From Candidatus Babeliales bacterium (GTDB lineage Bacteria > Babelota > Babeliae > Babelales > JANWKD01): a DNA stretch of 64,000 nucleotides. The position numbers and the translations under genes were made by a program. The notes under the pieces are model-generated. The model was not told where the DNA came from and did not search any database. It worked only from the letters and a program-made list of their open reading frames with translations. Location: contig CAVRJM010000001.1 in the NCBI GenBank assembly GCA_963722075.1, positions 736,001 to 800,000 on the forward strand, in the 5' to 3' direction. Shown here in pieces: positions 1 through 9,829 of this stretch (position 1 is the first letter of the stretch; each line of letters begins with the position of its first letter).

Positions 1-171
1 ATTTTGCATAGCTAATTGTTCTACAAAATTATTTGATGAAGCGGATTCATGCGTTATTTGCAATAATTGCTGTTGAATCTCATTATCTTGTTCTTGTAGT
101 CGTGAATCTTCCATCGCACTGAGCGAAGCAAAACTCATTATTAAAAATAACGCGTATAATAATTTCATCAT
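1..171 (-). CDS. Partial secreted hypothetical protein, runs off the window start
   Basis: Hand translation from ATG 171: MMKLLYALFLIMSFASLSA|MEDSRLQEQ..., open to base 1; GAAGGA upstream; not in the ORF track. Confidence 0.7.
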   Translation of the reverse strand, partial: MMKLLYALFLIMSFASLSAMEDSRLQEQDNEIQQQLLQITHESASSNNFVEQLAMQN

Positions 172-194
172 ATTTCCTTCATTTAATAAACAAA

Positions 195-527
195 TCAATC
201 ATGAGGTTGCTGAAAAATTGATTGAGGTAAAACCTCACTCGTGAATCGATCGAATGCAAGTTTACGCCGTATGCGCTTTATAGCTCTACTACGTTGCGGC
301 TTCATGATCTTTTTTTGAAAGGTCTTTTTCCTTGTTGTATTGCGCGGAGGAGTCAAATTATTCCGCATTACCGTACTTTCTTCTTCATTTTCACGCTGAT
401 TTTTAGGGAAACAAGTTTCATATAAATCTGACCGAATTTCCGGCATTGGATTTTCATCACCATTTTCCATTGAGAAAGTTACAATTGGAAATATAAATGA
501 TAAAAGTAACAATAGTAAAATATACAT
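195..527 (-). CDS. Secreted hypothetical protein with basic C-terminal region
   Basis: Hydrophobic N-terminus ending TFS|ME; basic tail RKKTFQKK...KRIRRKLAF. Confidence 0.7.
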   Translation of the reverse strand: MYILLLLLLSFIFPIVTFSMENGDENPMPEIRSDLYETCFPKNQRENEEESTVMRNNLTPPRNTTRKKTFQKKIMKPQRSRAIKRIRRKLAFDRFTSEVLPQSIFQQPHD

Positions 528-626
528 TAATTGGCACCTTTATAACTAATTAAAATACTGAATTATATATATAATTTTATCAAAAATTAACACTTTGTCA
601 ATAAAAATATGGGTAAAAAAAGGGGT

Positions 627-1982
627 TTATTCCTCAAAAAGACCAAGTAATTCATACACTGATTGAAAGGCATGAATAGAAGCAGAAATAGCCTTATCCT
701 TATCTAATTTCTGTTTTCGGGCTAAAAATAAGGTTTCTATGCCAAATTTTTGGGCCTCATTCAGGTGTATATTTATTTGATTTACTGATTTGATATGCCC
801 GGTTAAGTTAATTTCCCCTAAGGCAATGGATTTAGCCGGTAACGGCTTTTTGCAATAACTGGAAAGTAATGCCAACGCTATTCCTAAGTCAGCGGAGCTT
901 TCTTTTAATTTAAATCCCCCACTTACTTTAAAAAATATATCATGAGCACTGAAGGGTATTTGTAAATACTTTTCTAAAATGGAAGCGATAATAACTACTT
1001 GTTTTTGATCAAGCCCAGAAATAACCCGCTGCGGTATACCAAACTTTGAAGGCACAATAAGCGCTTGTAATTCAAGCAACAATGGACGAGTACCTTCGCT
1101 ATAGCTAATTAATACTGAACCAGGAGCATAGGATGCTTCATTAATAAGTTGCTGGTTTATATTAGAAACTTCTTGCAAACCCTGCTCATTCATTTCAAAA
1201 AATCCGATTTCATTAAGCGTCCCGAATCGGTTTTTTACTGACCGCAAGATTCGTGTTTGCCACCGATCTTCCCCTTGTAAATAAAAAACTGCATCCACCA
1301 TATGCTCAAGCATTTTGGGTCCGGCAATGGTACCTTCTTTAGTAATGTGACCGGTTACAATCACCGCAATGTTGTGCTCTTTTGCTAACCGCATTAAATG
1401 GAACGCCGATTCGCGCAGCTGGCCAATAGTACCAGGAATTGTTTGTGCCGTAGTAGAATAACAATTTTGAATGGAATCTATAATAATTATATGCGGCTTG
1501 CGTTCTTGCGCGGTTGCAATAATTGATTCTAAATTGCCTTGGTCAGAAAAATAAAGTTGTCCTGAAGCACATTGTAAGCGCAGCGCACGCATTTTTACTT
1601 GTTCTAATGATTCTTCAGAAGAAAAATAAAAAATAGTATATTCTTGCGAAAGCTGATGCGCTACTTGTAATAATAAGGTTGATTTACCAATTCCCGGATC
1701 TCCCGTTACCACTATAAAGCAACCAGGCATAATACCGCCACCAACTACGCGATCCCATTCAGTTATCCCTGTTAACATACGACTTTTTGTATCAAAAGCT
1801 ACTTGATCAAGTGTTGTTAAAGAAAGCATGCTACCAGTTTTTAATGGTGCCGCATTTACCGTTTGCATCATTTTTTGCTTTTCAGTAACACTTCCCCATT
1901 CTTGGCAGCTGGGGCAGCAACCTAACCATTTTGGCGGACGGTAATCACAATTAGTACAATAAAATTCTATTTTTTGTTTCAT
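627..1982 (-). CDS. radA: DNA repair protein RadA/Sms
   Basis: N-terminal C4 zinc finger, Walker A GDPGIGKST, KNRFG motif, Lon-like C-terminus. Confidence 0.97.
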   Translation of the reverse strand: MKQKIEFYCTNCDYRPPKWLGCCPSCQEWGSVTEKQKMMQTVNAAPLKTGSMLSLTTLDQVAFDTKSRMLTGITEWDRVVGGGIMPGCFIVVTGDPGIGKSTLLLQVAHQLSQEYTIFYFSSEESLEQVKMRALRLQCASGQLYFSDQGNLESIIATAQERKPHIIIIDSIQNCYSTTAQTIPGTIGQLRESAFHLMRLAKEHNIAVIVTGHITKEGTIAGPKMLEHMVDAVFYLQGEDRWQTRILRSVKNRFGTLNEIGFFEMNEQGLQEVSNINQQLINEASYAPGSVLISYSEGTRPLLLELQALIVPSKFGIPQRVISGLDQKQVVIIASILEKYLQIPFSAHDIFFKVSGGFKLKESSADLGIALALLSSYCKKPLPAKSIALGEINLTGHIKSVNQINIHLNEAQKFGIETLFLARKQKLDKDKAISASIHAFQSVYELLGLFEE

Positions 1983-2044
1983 ATTTTTTTACATATAAAA
2001 TTTTGGTATGTTATACCAGTATATCAGTAATAATAAAGGATCAT

Positions 2045-2275
2045 ATGAATAAAAAATTATTGTATTTTAATTTGTTTATTGTAATCACCTTAAATGGTAT
2101 GAATAACAATCAAAAAACTCCCATAGAAAAATTAAAAGAAAATCTTATAGCTTTAAAAACTAAAATACCACCTCAAGTTCCATCCAATCAACAAAATGAA
2201 GATCTTTCAGATTCATCAGAACCCTTTTGTGGCTTTAAAAAAGGTTTTTTAAATAATCAAGAAAATGAAAATTGA
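2045..2275 (+). CDS. Small secreted hypothetical protein
   Basis: ATG 2045 after AAGGA; MNKKLLYFNLFIVITLNG|MNN. Confidence 0.6.
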   Translation: MNKKLLYFNLFIVITLNGMNNNQKTPIEKLKENLIALKTKIPPQVPSNQQNEDLSDSSEPFCGFKKGFLNNQENEN

Positions 2276-2288
2276 CCTTCATTTGTTC

Positions 2289-2360
2289 CTGGATCTTTAC
2301 ATTGCTAAGGCATCTCAGGTTGACAAATTTATCAAGATGTCATTCGTAGGAATCCAGTAA
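2289..2360. repeat. Degenerate REP/RPE-like palindromic element
   Basis: CTGGATC...CAGGTTGACA followed by TGTCATTC...GAATCCAGTAA; same modules at 8143, 10520 and 39839. Confidence 0.65.
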
Positions 2361-2558
2361 CAAATTGATATGCCATCTTAGTTAGCTGTAGCTATTACAT
2401 CATGACCCTGCGCACTAATCCCTCGCTATTTTATTTCAAATAGAATTTACATTGATAAAAATTAGCTCCTTATTACATTATAAAATTGACAAATATTTAT
2501 AAACATATAGATTTAATTATTAGTGAGGTTATTATTTTTTTTAAAACAGGATTTTATT

Positions 2559-2990
2559 ATGAATAAATCTTTATTATTTAAAGCAGTACTCCTATCAGTT
2601 GCTTTATTATTTTCTTGCCAAACATTCAGCATGGAATCTCTAAAAAAGAGACAAGAATCATTACACCAATGGTTTGCAGATCATTCTACCTGCAAAGCAA
2701 TAGCAGTAGCCTGTGGAACAGCTATTCCCATGATTGCAGTTTCAGCTTTCTTAACGAATTATCAATCTGAATTGGGATTCGGCAATATTAAAACTGATAA
2801 TTACCATAATATAAGCGCTGCATTGGGAGTCGCAAGTGGATGCGCATCAGGCTTTTTAACATATATGTATCCAGAAATTAGTTTTGCATATCCAATTTTG
2901 GCAGGTTTATTTTATGTTACCAAAAAAATAGGCTGTCAGATGGTAGAAGATTTTGTAATACCCCCGCTCTCTTGCAGAAGGCCAATTTAG
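2559..2990 (+). CDS. Secreted or membrane hypothetical protein, paralog 1 of 3
   Basis: ATG 2559 after AGGATTTTATT; signal peptide; QWFADH and GVASGCASGFLTYMYPE motifs shared with the next two genes. Confidence 0.75.
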   Translation: MNKSLLFKAVLLSVALLFSCQTFSMESLKKRQESLHQWFADHSTCKAIAVACGTAIPMIAVSAFLTNYQSELGFGNIKTDNYHNISAALGVASGCASGFLTYMYPEISFAYPILAGLFYVTKKIGCQMVEDFVIPPLSCRRPI

Positions 2991-3047
2991 TTTCACCATC
3001 TAGGGGTTAAAAATCGTTACAACATTTAAAATGATAGGATTTTTATT

Positions 3048-3509
3048 ATGAAAAAATCGTTAATTTTCAACTCAATAGCAATCTTATTGCTTGCTGCATC
3101 AATATGCACACAATCACATGCCATGTTTAAGTTTAATTATCATGAAACAAAACAATGGTTTGTAAATCATCCAAATTATAAAAAAGCACTTGTTATCGGC
3201 GCTACTATTGCTCCTATGGTTATTGTCCCGTCGGTTTTAGCATGTACGCAAGCACGCATGGTAACAGAAAGCAATGGCTACACCGAATGGAACAATATAA
3301 GTTTTGACAATACCCATCCCTATTTAAACGCTTTAGCGGGTATAGGTTCTGGCTTAGCGGCTGGCTGTTTTACTTATAACTATCCACAAGTAACCGCACT
3401 TACTACAAAAGCTAGTGCATTAGTTGGCCTTGGCGGGTTGGCACTTGCAACCGGCGTATATGTTATCACAAAAGCAGGATCTCAATTAGCAAAAATTATT
3501 ACTCAATAA
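3048..3509 (+). CDS. Secreted or membrane hypothetical protein, paralog 2 of 3
   Basis: Signal peptide; QWFVNHP and GIGSGLAAGCFTYNYPQ. Confidence 0.75.
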   Translation: MKKSLIFNSIAILLLAASICTQSHAMFKFNYHETKQWFVNHPNYKKALVIGATIAPMVIVPSVLACTQARMVTESNGYTEWNNISFDNTHPYLNALAGIGSGLAAGCFTYNYPQVTALTTKASALVGLGGLALATGVYVITKAGSQLAKIITQ

Positions 3510-3554
3510 AGTAACTATTTTGAGGTTATTAATATTTTTAGATAGGATTAATTT

Positions 3555-3941
3555 ATGAACAAATCATTATTAACTAAAACACTGTTCTTATTACTTATTG
3601 CATCGTGCATTACATCAACTTATCCGATGCAAAAATCAAAATTGGAACAATGGGTATATGACCATCCATCTTTAAGCACTTTTATAGCAACAATAATACC
3701 CGCTATTGCGATCCCTACTATTTTAACCTATGCGCCACCGTCAAAAAGGTTTGACGACATCAGTTCTAATCATAAATTATTAATGGGATTAGTAGGCGGG
3801 TTCGGCTCAGGATTTTTAATGTATAACGAACCTGAACTTTCCCTTGCTTGTTTTAAAGGTGGAACAATAGGGTTAGGAATTGGAGCAATAGTAACTATTG
3901 CTCGTTTAGGAATCAAAAAAATCTTCCAAAGCAACAAATAA
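3555..3941 (+). CDS. Secreted or membrane hypothetical protein, paralog 3 of 3
   Basis: Signal peptide; QWVYDHP and GGFGSGFLMYNEPE. Confidence 0.75.
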   Translation: MNKSLLTKTLFLLLIASCITSTYPMQKSKLEQWVYDHPSLSTFIATIIPAIAIPTILTYAPPSKRFDDISSNHKLLMGLVGGFGSGFLMYNEPELSLACFKGGTIGLGIGAIVTIARLGIKKIFQSNK

Positions 3942-3950
3942 AGATGCAAT

Positions 3951-3992
3951 AAAAAAAGAAGGCCGAAGTAAATCGTTCGTCCTTCTTTTTTT
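3951..3992. terminator. Bidirectional intrinsic terminator
   Basis: A7-GAAGGCCGAA...TTCGTCCTTC-T7 between convergent genes. Confidence 0.75.
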
Positions 3993-3999
3993 AAGTATT

Positions 4000-4584
4000 T
4001 TAAAACATCGGCTGCTTATCAATTTTATGGCAACTGCGGCAGCGCGCTTGATAACTTTCTTGTGCACCAACTAAAATAATCGGATCATCGTGACGCGCTG
4101 GCTTACCATTAACCAACCGTTGGGTAAAATGCGCATCCTTGCCACAATCAATACAAATTGCTTTTAACTTTGTAATCTCATCAGCAATAGACATTAATAT
4201 GGGCATGCACCCAAATGGCATCCCCTTAAAATCTAAATCTAACCCCGCAACAATTACCCGTTTGCCTTCATCAATTAACTGACATATTACATTAATTACA
4301 TCCATGGAAAAGAATTGCACTTCGTCAATACCAACAACGGTGGTACTTAATTCAATATAAGGCATAATCGAACGGGGATTATCCAACGGAACGGCATATA
4401 TTTTATCACCATTATGAGAAGCAACATATTCTATGGTAGTACGATCATCAAGACAATGTTTAAATGTCTTAATTGATAAACGCGCGTATTCGGCGCGTTT
4501 TAAACGGCGTATTAATTCTTCTGTTTTTCCTGAAAACATAGAACCACAAATTACTTCTAACCTTCCCTTACTTTCATTATTCAT
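4000..4584 (-). CDS. tdk: Thymidine kinase
   Basis: GSMFSGKTEEL, IDEVQFF, GLDLDF, C-terminal Zn ligands. Confidence 0.97.
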   Translation of the reverse strand: MNNESKGRLEVICGSMFSGKTEELIRRLKRAEYARLSIKTFKHCLDDRTTIEYVASHNGDKIYAVPLDNPRSIMPYIELSTTVVGIDEVQFFSMDVINVICQLIDEGKRVIVAGLDLDFKGMPFGCMPILMSIADEITKLKAICIDCGKDAHFTQRLVNGKPARHDDPIILVGAQESYQARCRSCHKIDKQPMF

Positions 4585-4619
4585 GATATATATTCTTATT
4601 TATAATATTTGTTTAAGAT

Positions 4620-4979
4620 TTAAAAATAATTTAAAAATAAATAAAAAAATCTTTTGAGAGAATTTTTTATAGTTGATTGCTCATTTAATGCTTTAATTCT
4701 TGCCCCAATTAATGGGCCCTTTTTTTCATACAACTCATTTTTTATTACATCCCAATAAACCGCACGTTTCTGTTCTTTTGAAGCCAAATCAATGGGGTAC
4801 GGTTTTCCATTAATCATAAGAAGGTGCTTACTTGGTTTATGAACAATAAATAATTCATCGTGGTTTGAAACAATTTTTAATTTATTAATGCGCGAAACAG
4901 ATTTTTTTTGATCAATAAACTCCATACTTGATGCGGTAAAAAAAATGCTCAATGCCAAGACACAAAAAAAAAGTACCAA
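4620..4979 (-). CDS. Secreted hypothetical protein
   Basis: Signal-like N-terminus ending ASS|ME; TTG start with GAGGAG upstream. Confidence 0.6.
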   Translation of the reverse strand: MVLFFCVLALSIFFTASSMEFIDQKKSVSRINKLKIVSNHDELFIVHKPSKHLLMINGKPYPIDLASKEQKRAVYWDVIKNELYEKKGPLIGARIKALNEQSTIKNSLKRFFYLFLNYF

Positions 4980-5167
4980 TAAAAGCTCCTCACTTCGTGA
5001 ATGTATAAATATTTTATTGATTTTAAAATGTTTTTTTTAAAAAACAATAGCTTTCTTTTTTTTATTTTTTTATTATCCTAGCAACATTAGAACAAACGCT
5101 TTTAAATAGAAGCCATAAGATTAATCAAAAGTAAATACGAATAACAAACTAAGGACAAATAATTTCA

Positions 5168-6514
5168 ATGAGCACCACCTCCCATCCTTCTAGCGTAATA
5201 CCATCTACTATTTCACCTATGCAATCTGTTCTTCATGACGATGCAACTATTGTTATTAATCAATCGTTAGAACTAAAAGGACAGGCAACATTAAGCGGTG
5301 CAAAAAATGCAGTATTAGTTATCATTGCCTCACTGATCTTAACAGAAGGAAAATCAGCATTATATAATGTTCCTAATTCAGATGATGTCCTGCAAATGAT
5401 TTCCTTAATGCGTGAACTTGGTGCTCATATTCAATTTGATAGCACGCAAAACAAACTTGAAGTAGAAACCTCTTTTATTTCTAATTATAAAGTATCACCA
5501 TCGCTCATGAAGAAGATGCGCGCCTCGGTATTAGTGATGGGCCCCCTTCTGGCTCGTTTTGCACGAGCTGAAATTGCGCTTCCGGGCGGTTGCTTACTGG
5601 GCGCACGGCCAATCGATTATCATATAAAAAATTTTGAAAAAATGGGTGTTATTTTTACTATTGATGGGGAATTTTTAAGCGGCATTACTGATCGATTAAA
5701 GCCTGCTCGTATCGTACTTGATTACCCAAGCGTTGGTGCAACTGAAAATCTCTTAATGGCAGCAGTACTCACCCCAGGAACCACACATATTATCAATGCA
5801 GCATTAGAACCAGAAGTATTGGATTTAATTTCTATACTTACAAAAATGGGTGCGCTGATATCTATTGATGCACCGGCTACTATTATAATACAAGGGGTGC
5901 AAAAATTACGCGCCATTGAGCATCATATCATATTTGATCGGCTTGAAGCGGGTGCCTTATTACTAGCAACGGCAATCACCGGCGGCTCTATTTATTTACC
6001 ACAAGCCCGCGCTGATCAATTGGATGTTTTCTTGTTAAAACTCCATGAGATGGGACATCATATTGAAACTGATTCAGGACAAGGCATACGATTACGTGCA
6101 ACAAAAACACCACGTGCGGTCTCATTTACTACTGCTCCTTATCCGGGGTTTCCTACTGATTTACAAGCTCCTATGATGGCAGCACAATGTCTTGCTAATG
6201 GCAAAAGTGAAATTCATGAAACGGTATTTGAAAATAGATTATTACATGTACGTGAATTACAAAAAATGGGCGCCCAAATAACCGTCAAAGGCGACCGCGC
6301 CTTGGTAACGGGCGTGGATACCTTATATGGCACTTCCGTTATTGCTACTGATATTCGTGCCTCATGCGCACTGGTACTAGCAGGCTTAGCGGCCCGTGGC
6401 ACTACTGTTATGACCGGCATTAATCATTGGAAACGCGGGTACGAAGCACTAGAAAAAAAATTGGCACAATTAGGCGCTTCTATTACTGTCCAAAAATTAG
6501 TACAACAAACCTAA
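5168..6514 (+). CDS. murA: UDP-N-acetylglucosamine 1-carboxyvinyltransferase
   Basis: SGAKNA, MRASVLVMGPLL, PGGCLLGARP, PGFPTDLQ, TDIRA. Confidence 0.97.
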   Translation: MSTTSHPSSVIPSTISPMQSVLHDDATIVINQSLELKGQATLSGAKNAVLVIIASLILTEGKSALYNVPNSDDVLQMISLMRELGAHIQFDSTQNKLEVETSFISNYKVSPSLMKKMRASVLVMGPLLARFARAEIALPGGCLLGARPIDYHIKNFEKMGVIFTIDGEFLSGITDRLKPARIVLDYPSVGATENLLMAAVLTPGTTHIINAALEPEVLDLISILTKMGALISIDAPATIIIQGVQKLRAIEHHIIFDRLEAGALLLATAITGGSIYLPQARADQLDVFLLKLHEMGHHIETDSGQGIRLRATKTPRAVSFTTAPYPGFPTDLQAPMMAAQCLANGKSEIHETVFENRLLHVRELQKMGAQITVKGDRALVTGVDTLYGTSVIATDIRASCALVLAGLAARGTTVMTGINHWKRGYEALEKKLAQLGASITVQKLVQQT

Positions 6515-7353
6515 AAAAAGCCACCAATAAGATCAGTAAGTTCGGCCGTAATTTTAGCCTGGCGCATCTTATTATAGGTAAGGCGCATAGAATCAAGTAA
6601 AGTACCGGCACTGCGTGTTGAATTATCCATAGCAATAAAGCGCGCTGCTTGCTCAGCTACTAATGATTGGAATAACAGCTCATACATAGTTATATATACC
6701 ATTTGCTCAATAAGATAATTTAAGATATCGCCGGGAGGTTCTTCCCATATATATTCATTAAAAATATCTTTTTGGGTACCGGTATCTTGTACGGTAAATG
6801 GAATAAGTTGCGTAATTTGGGGTTTTTGCACAAAGAACGTTTTTGAAAAGTTGCTATAAATCATTACGGCGCTGTGAGAGCCAGCGGTTTTTACGATATA
6901 TTCACTTATCTGCCGACAAATAACTTCTATATTTGCAATAGAAAAGGTATCAAAATTTTGAATGATTGTATTATTGGCATGACGCGCATATTCATGTGCT
7001 TTTTTACCGATGGTAATAAGCATTGGCTTTTCTTGATTTTTAACTGCTTTTTCAAAAAAGGCAAAAAGCTCTGTATTAAAATTACCACATAATCCTTTTT
7101 GTGATCCGATTAAAATGGCTAATTGGGGAGCATTAGTATTCTCTGCCCTTAATAATGGATGGTTCCAATTTGTTTGCCCAGCATAGAGGGGCAAAAAAAT
7201 AGCTGCTATTTGTTGCCTATATTCTTCAATACCATTTTTTTTAGATCGCAATCGTAAATGGCTCGACATAGAAATTAAGCGCAACGCATGCGTTATTTTT
7301 TTGATCGTTTTAATAGCTTTAATGCGCTGGCGCATTCGAATTAATTGAGACAT
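6511..7353 (-). CDS. atpG: ATP synthase F1 gamma subunit
   Basis: IKKITHAL, KGLCGNFN, EQAARFIAMDN, YNKMRQAKITAEL. Confidence 0.95.
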   Translation of the reverse strand: MSQLIRMRQRIKAIKTIKKITHALRLISMSSHLRLRSKKNGIEEYRQQIAAIFLPLYAGQTNWNHPLLRAENTNAPQLAILIGSQKGLCGNFNTELFAFFEKAVKNQEKPMLITIGKKAHEYARHANNTIIQNFDTFSIANIEVICRQISEYIVKTAGSHSAVMIYSNFSKTFFVQKPQITQLIPFTVQDTGTQKDIFNEYIWEEPPGDILNYLIEQMVYITMYELLFQSLVAEQAARFIAMDNSTRSAGTLLDSMRLTYNKMRQAKITAELTDLIGGFF

Positions 7354-7562
7354 ACAATTTGCCTTATTATAATGAAGAAGCTACTTTCTAATGTAATAAG
7401 GATAGGGCAATTTTGCAATTTATTATCCTTAATTGAGATCATTTTACCGTCACCGCTCAATGAATCTACTTGAAACAAAGCATACTACAATGGTTGTATT
7501 ATTACCTATAAATTATTTATAATATACATAAAAAAATATTATAAGGTATATGAAAATAATTC

Positions 7563-8132
7563 ATGAAATTACTCATTGACGGTTATAATCTGTTAAAAAA
7601 AATAAAAAAAACATCGTATATTACGGATAGTGAGCGCAATAAATTTCTTAAACAACTCAACAATTATGCACATCAAAAAAAGTTATCTATCATTATTGTG
7701 TTTGATGGTGGTCCATTTAATTGGCCTCAGCATGAAAAGATGAGTTCGGTGGTAGAGGTAATTTATTCCGGGGCACAGCAAAACGCAGATACCTATATAA
7801 AGCAGTACTTAGATGAACACGCTAATAAAGAGCTGTTATTAATAAGTAGTGATCGAGAATTAGTAAATTACGCACATAACCATAACGTTATTTCATTGGA
7901 TTCTTATACCTTTTCTGAATTACTCTATCACAATCAATCATTACCAAAAATAGCTACTCATAAAGAGCCCCTACGCAAATTGACCATTCAAAGCACACCA
8001 GAGCTTGATATCTTAATGGAACAGTTAAAAGTGCCAACAAAAACTACTGAGGATAGAAAACGGGAACGGGGAAAAACTCATACTTTATCTAAAGAAGAGC
8101 GCAAATTATTACAAAAATTGAAGAAGTTATGA
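7563..8132 (+). CDS. NYN/PIN-domain ribonuclease, YacP/Rae1-like
   Basis: LLIDGYN, VFDG, ADTYI, SSDREL acidic motifs. Confidence 0.85.
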   Translation: MKLLIDGYNLLKKIKKTSYITDSERNKFLKQLNNYAHQKKLSIIIVFDGGPFNWPQHEKMSSVVEVIYSGAQQNADTYIKQYLDEHANKELLLISSDRELVNYAHNHNVISLDSYTFSELLYHNQSLPKIATHKEPLRKLTIQSTPELDILMEQLKVPTKTTEDRKRERGKTHTLSKEERKLLQKLKKL

Positions 8133-8142
8133 CATATAAAAA

Positions 8143-8240
8143 TGTCATTCTGAGACCGTAGGCGTAAGAATCCAGTAATAAAAATAAGCCTTTTATATAT
8201 TCACTGGATCCTCACGGCGCTCTCGCGCCTCAGGATGACA
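8143..8240. repeat. REP/RPE-like palindromic element
   Basis: TGTCATTCTGAG...GAATCCAGT, AT-rich spacer, ACTGGATCC...CTCAGGATGACA; inverted ends, between convergent genes. Confidence 0.85.
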
Positions 8241-8246
8241 TCTTGA

Positions 8247-8669
8247 TTATATTGTAACCTTGGGCACCGCCGAAGATTTCTCTAATAACATTTTCCGTGC
8301 GATTTGTATAAAGGCAATCATCAATGCAGTCGCGGTTATTTCACGCCACCAAATGCGTGGTACGGTACTCAATCCTTGAATAAACGTCCAGAATGAAATT
8401 TCACTCTCTGTTAAAATATTACGCCCATCATAACGCAATTCTTTTGCATATTGTAAGGCAGCTTCCTTAGAAAAAAGATAGCGATGCCCTATATCAGTTA
8501 AAATTTCACCCAATGCCCATAATGTAACACCACCAATAAAAAAACGGGCGAGCAGCGGTTTTAAAAAAGAATCCGGCTGTTGGCTTATAATGGGGGGCTT
8601 TATGTTCTGATTATCTGCATTCACAAAACTACCGCTTAACAATAGAAAAAAGAAAATTATTTTTTTCAT
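8247..8669 (-). CDS. Secreted or membrane hypothetical protein
   Basis: Signal peptide ending VNA; two further hydrophobic segments. Confidence 0.65.
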   Translation of the reverse strand: MKKIIFFFLLLSGSFVNADNQNIKPPIISQQPDSFLKPLLARFFIGGVTLWALGEILTDIGHRYLFSKEAALQYAKELRYDGRNILTESEISFWTFIQGLSTVPRIWWREITATALMIAFIQIARKMLLEKSSAVPKVTI

Positions 8670-8761
8670 GATAAAGATTCTCCCACTATTAAGATTGTTT
8701 TGATAAATAAAAGTAGTATATAATAAATTATATTATTTCAATCATAATAAAAAACAAGCGG

Positions 8762-9205
8762 ATGAATATTGCTTTAAATTCAAAATCGGTAACATTTTCG
8801 TTAGATACTCTTAATACCATTGCGCATGATCTGTATGTATTAAAAAATCAATGCGCTATTTATACCTTTGAGGGCCCATTAGGCGCCGGTAAAACAACCT
8901 TAGTAAGATCGTTATTTAAGCAATTTGATATTCATGCTCCTATCACTAGCCCTACTTTCAGCTATATGAATGTATATGAAAACAATAAAGGCGAACTTTT
9001 ATATCATTTTGATTTATATCGCTTAACAAATCTTAATGAATTTTTAGAAGCTGGCTTTGATGAATTTTTATATGTACCTAATAGTTGGGCTTTTATAGAA
9101 TGGCCAAAAATTATTAAATCATTATTAACTAAAAATGTCTGTGATATTACTCTTGATTATGGAGCTGATCAACAGCATAGAATTTTACAATGTAGCATAC
9201 GATAA
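8762..9205 (+). CDS. tsaE: tRNA threonylcarbamoyladenosine biosynthesis ATPase TsaE
   Basis: GPLGAGKTT, SPTF, HFDLYRL, IEWP. Confidence 0.96.
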   Translation: MNIALNSKSVTFSLDTLNTIAHDLYVLKNQCAIYTFEGPLGAGKTTLVRSLFKQFDIHAPITSPTFSYMNVYENNKGELLYHFDLYRLTNLNEFLEAGFDEFLYVPNSWAFIEWPKIIKSLLTKNVCDITLDYGADQQHRILQCSIR

Positions 9206-9232
9206 TAAGTTCTATTATATTTTGTTTTCGTT

Positions 9233-9793
9233 CTATTTTTGCATCAGCACGATATCGGAATCTTTCTTTCCTCTTATATGTTTAGGAAGCAGCTTTCCAG
9301 GATTTTCTTTTTTCCATTCTCCTACGGTACATTCAATCATTACTTTGCCACCACACTCTTTAATCAATTGTTGCATTTCTTCATTACCTTCAGGAAAAAC
9401 ATCTGCCATCAATTGGGCAAATGGCAACGTATCACTGCTATCACCGTGTTTAGCAATTACGTCATCACCAAATTGAGCTAGTAACAATTTTGCTTCTTGC
9501 AGATCATTATAACGAATAGCCTGATGAAACAACCATGTCTGCGAAATTTTAGCACTAAAAATAGGCTTTCTTGCCATCAATTCAGCAATAGCTTTTTTGG
9601 TATCCTCTCCTGCATTTTTAATAATTTCTACAATTTTTTCATATTCGCATGAAAACTTGTAATTTGATATTGTTTGAGCTAATTCACTGGAATCAGCTAA
9701 ATCTTCTTCGGTAAATTCAATTACTCGTTCCATCGTATGGGTAACAGCAACCAAGGCATTAATTACTAATAGTAATCGGAAATATATTTGCAT
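9233..9793 (-). CDS. Secreted hypothetical protein with one ankyrin-like motif
   Basis: Signal peptide ending THT|ME; LFHQAIRYNDLQEAKLLLAQFG; paralog immediately upstream. Confidence 0.75.
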   Translation of the reverse strand: MQIYFRLLLVINALVAVTHTMERVIEFTEEDLADSSELAQTISNYKFSCEYEKIVEIIKNAGEDTKKAIAELMARKPIFSAKISQTWLFHQAIRYNDLQEAKLLLAQFGDDVIAKHGDSSDTLPFAQLMADVFPEGNEEMQQLIKECGGKVMIECTVGEWKKENPGKLLPKHIRGKKDSDIVLMQK

Positions 9794-9829
9794 AAGATTC
9801 CTTTAACGTAAATCTTCTAAAGCCATACT

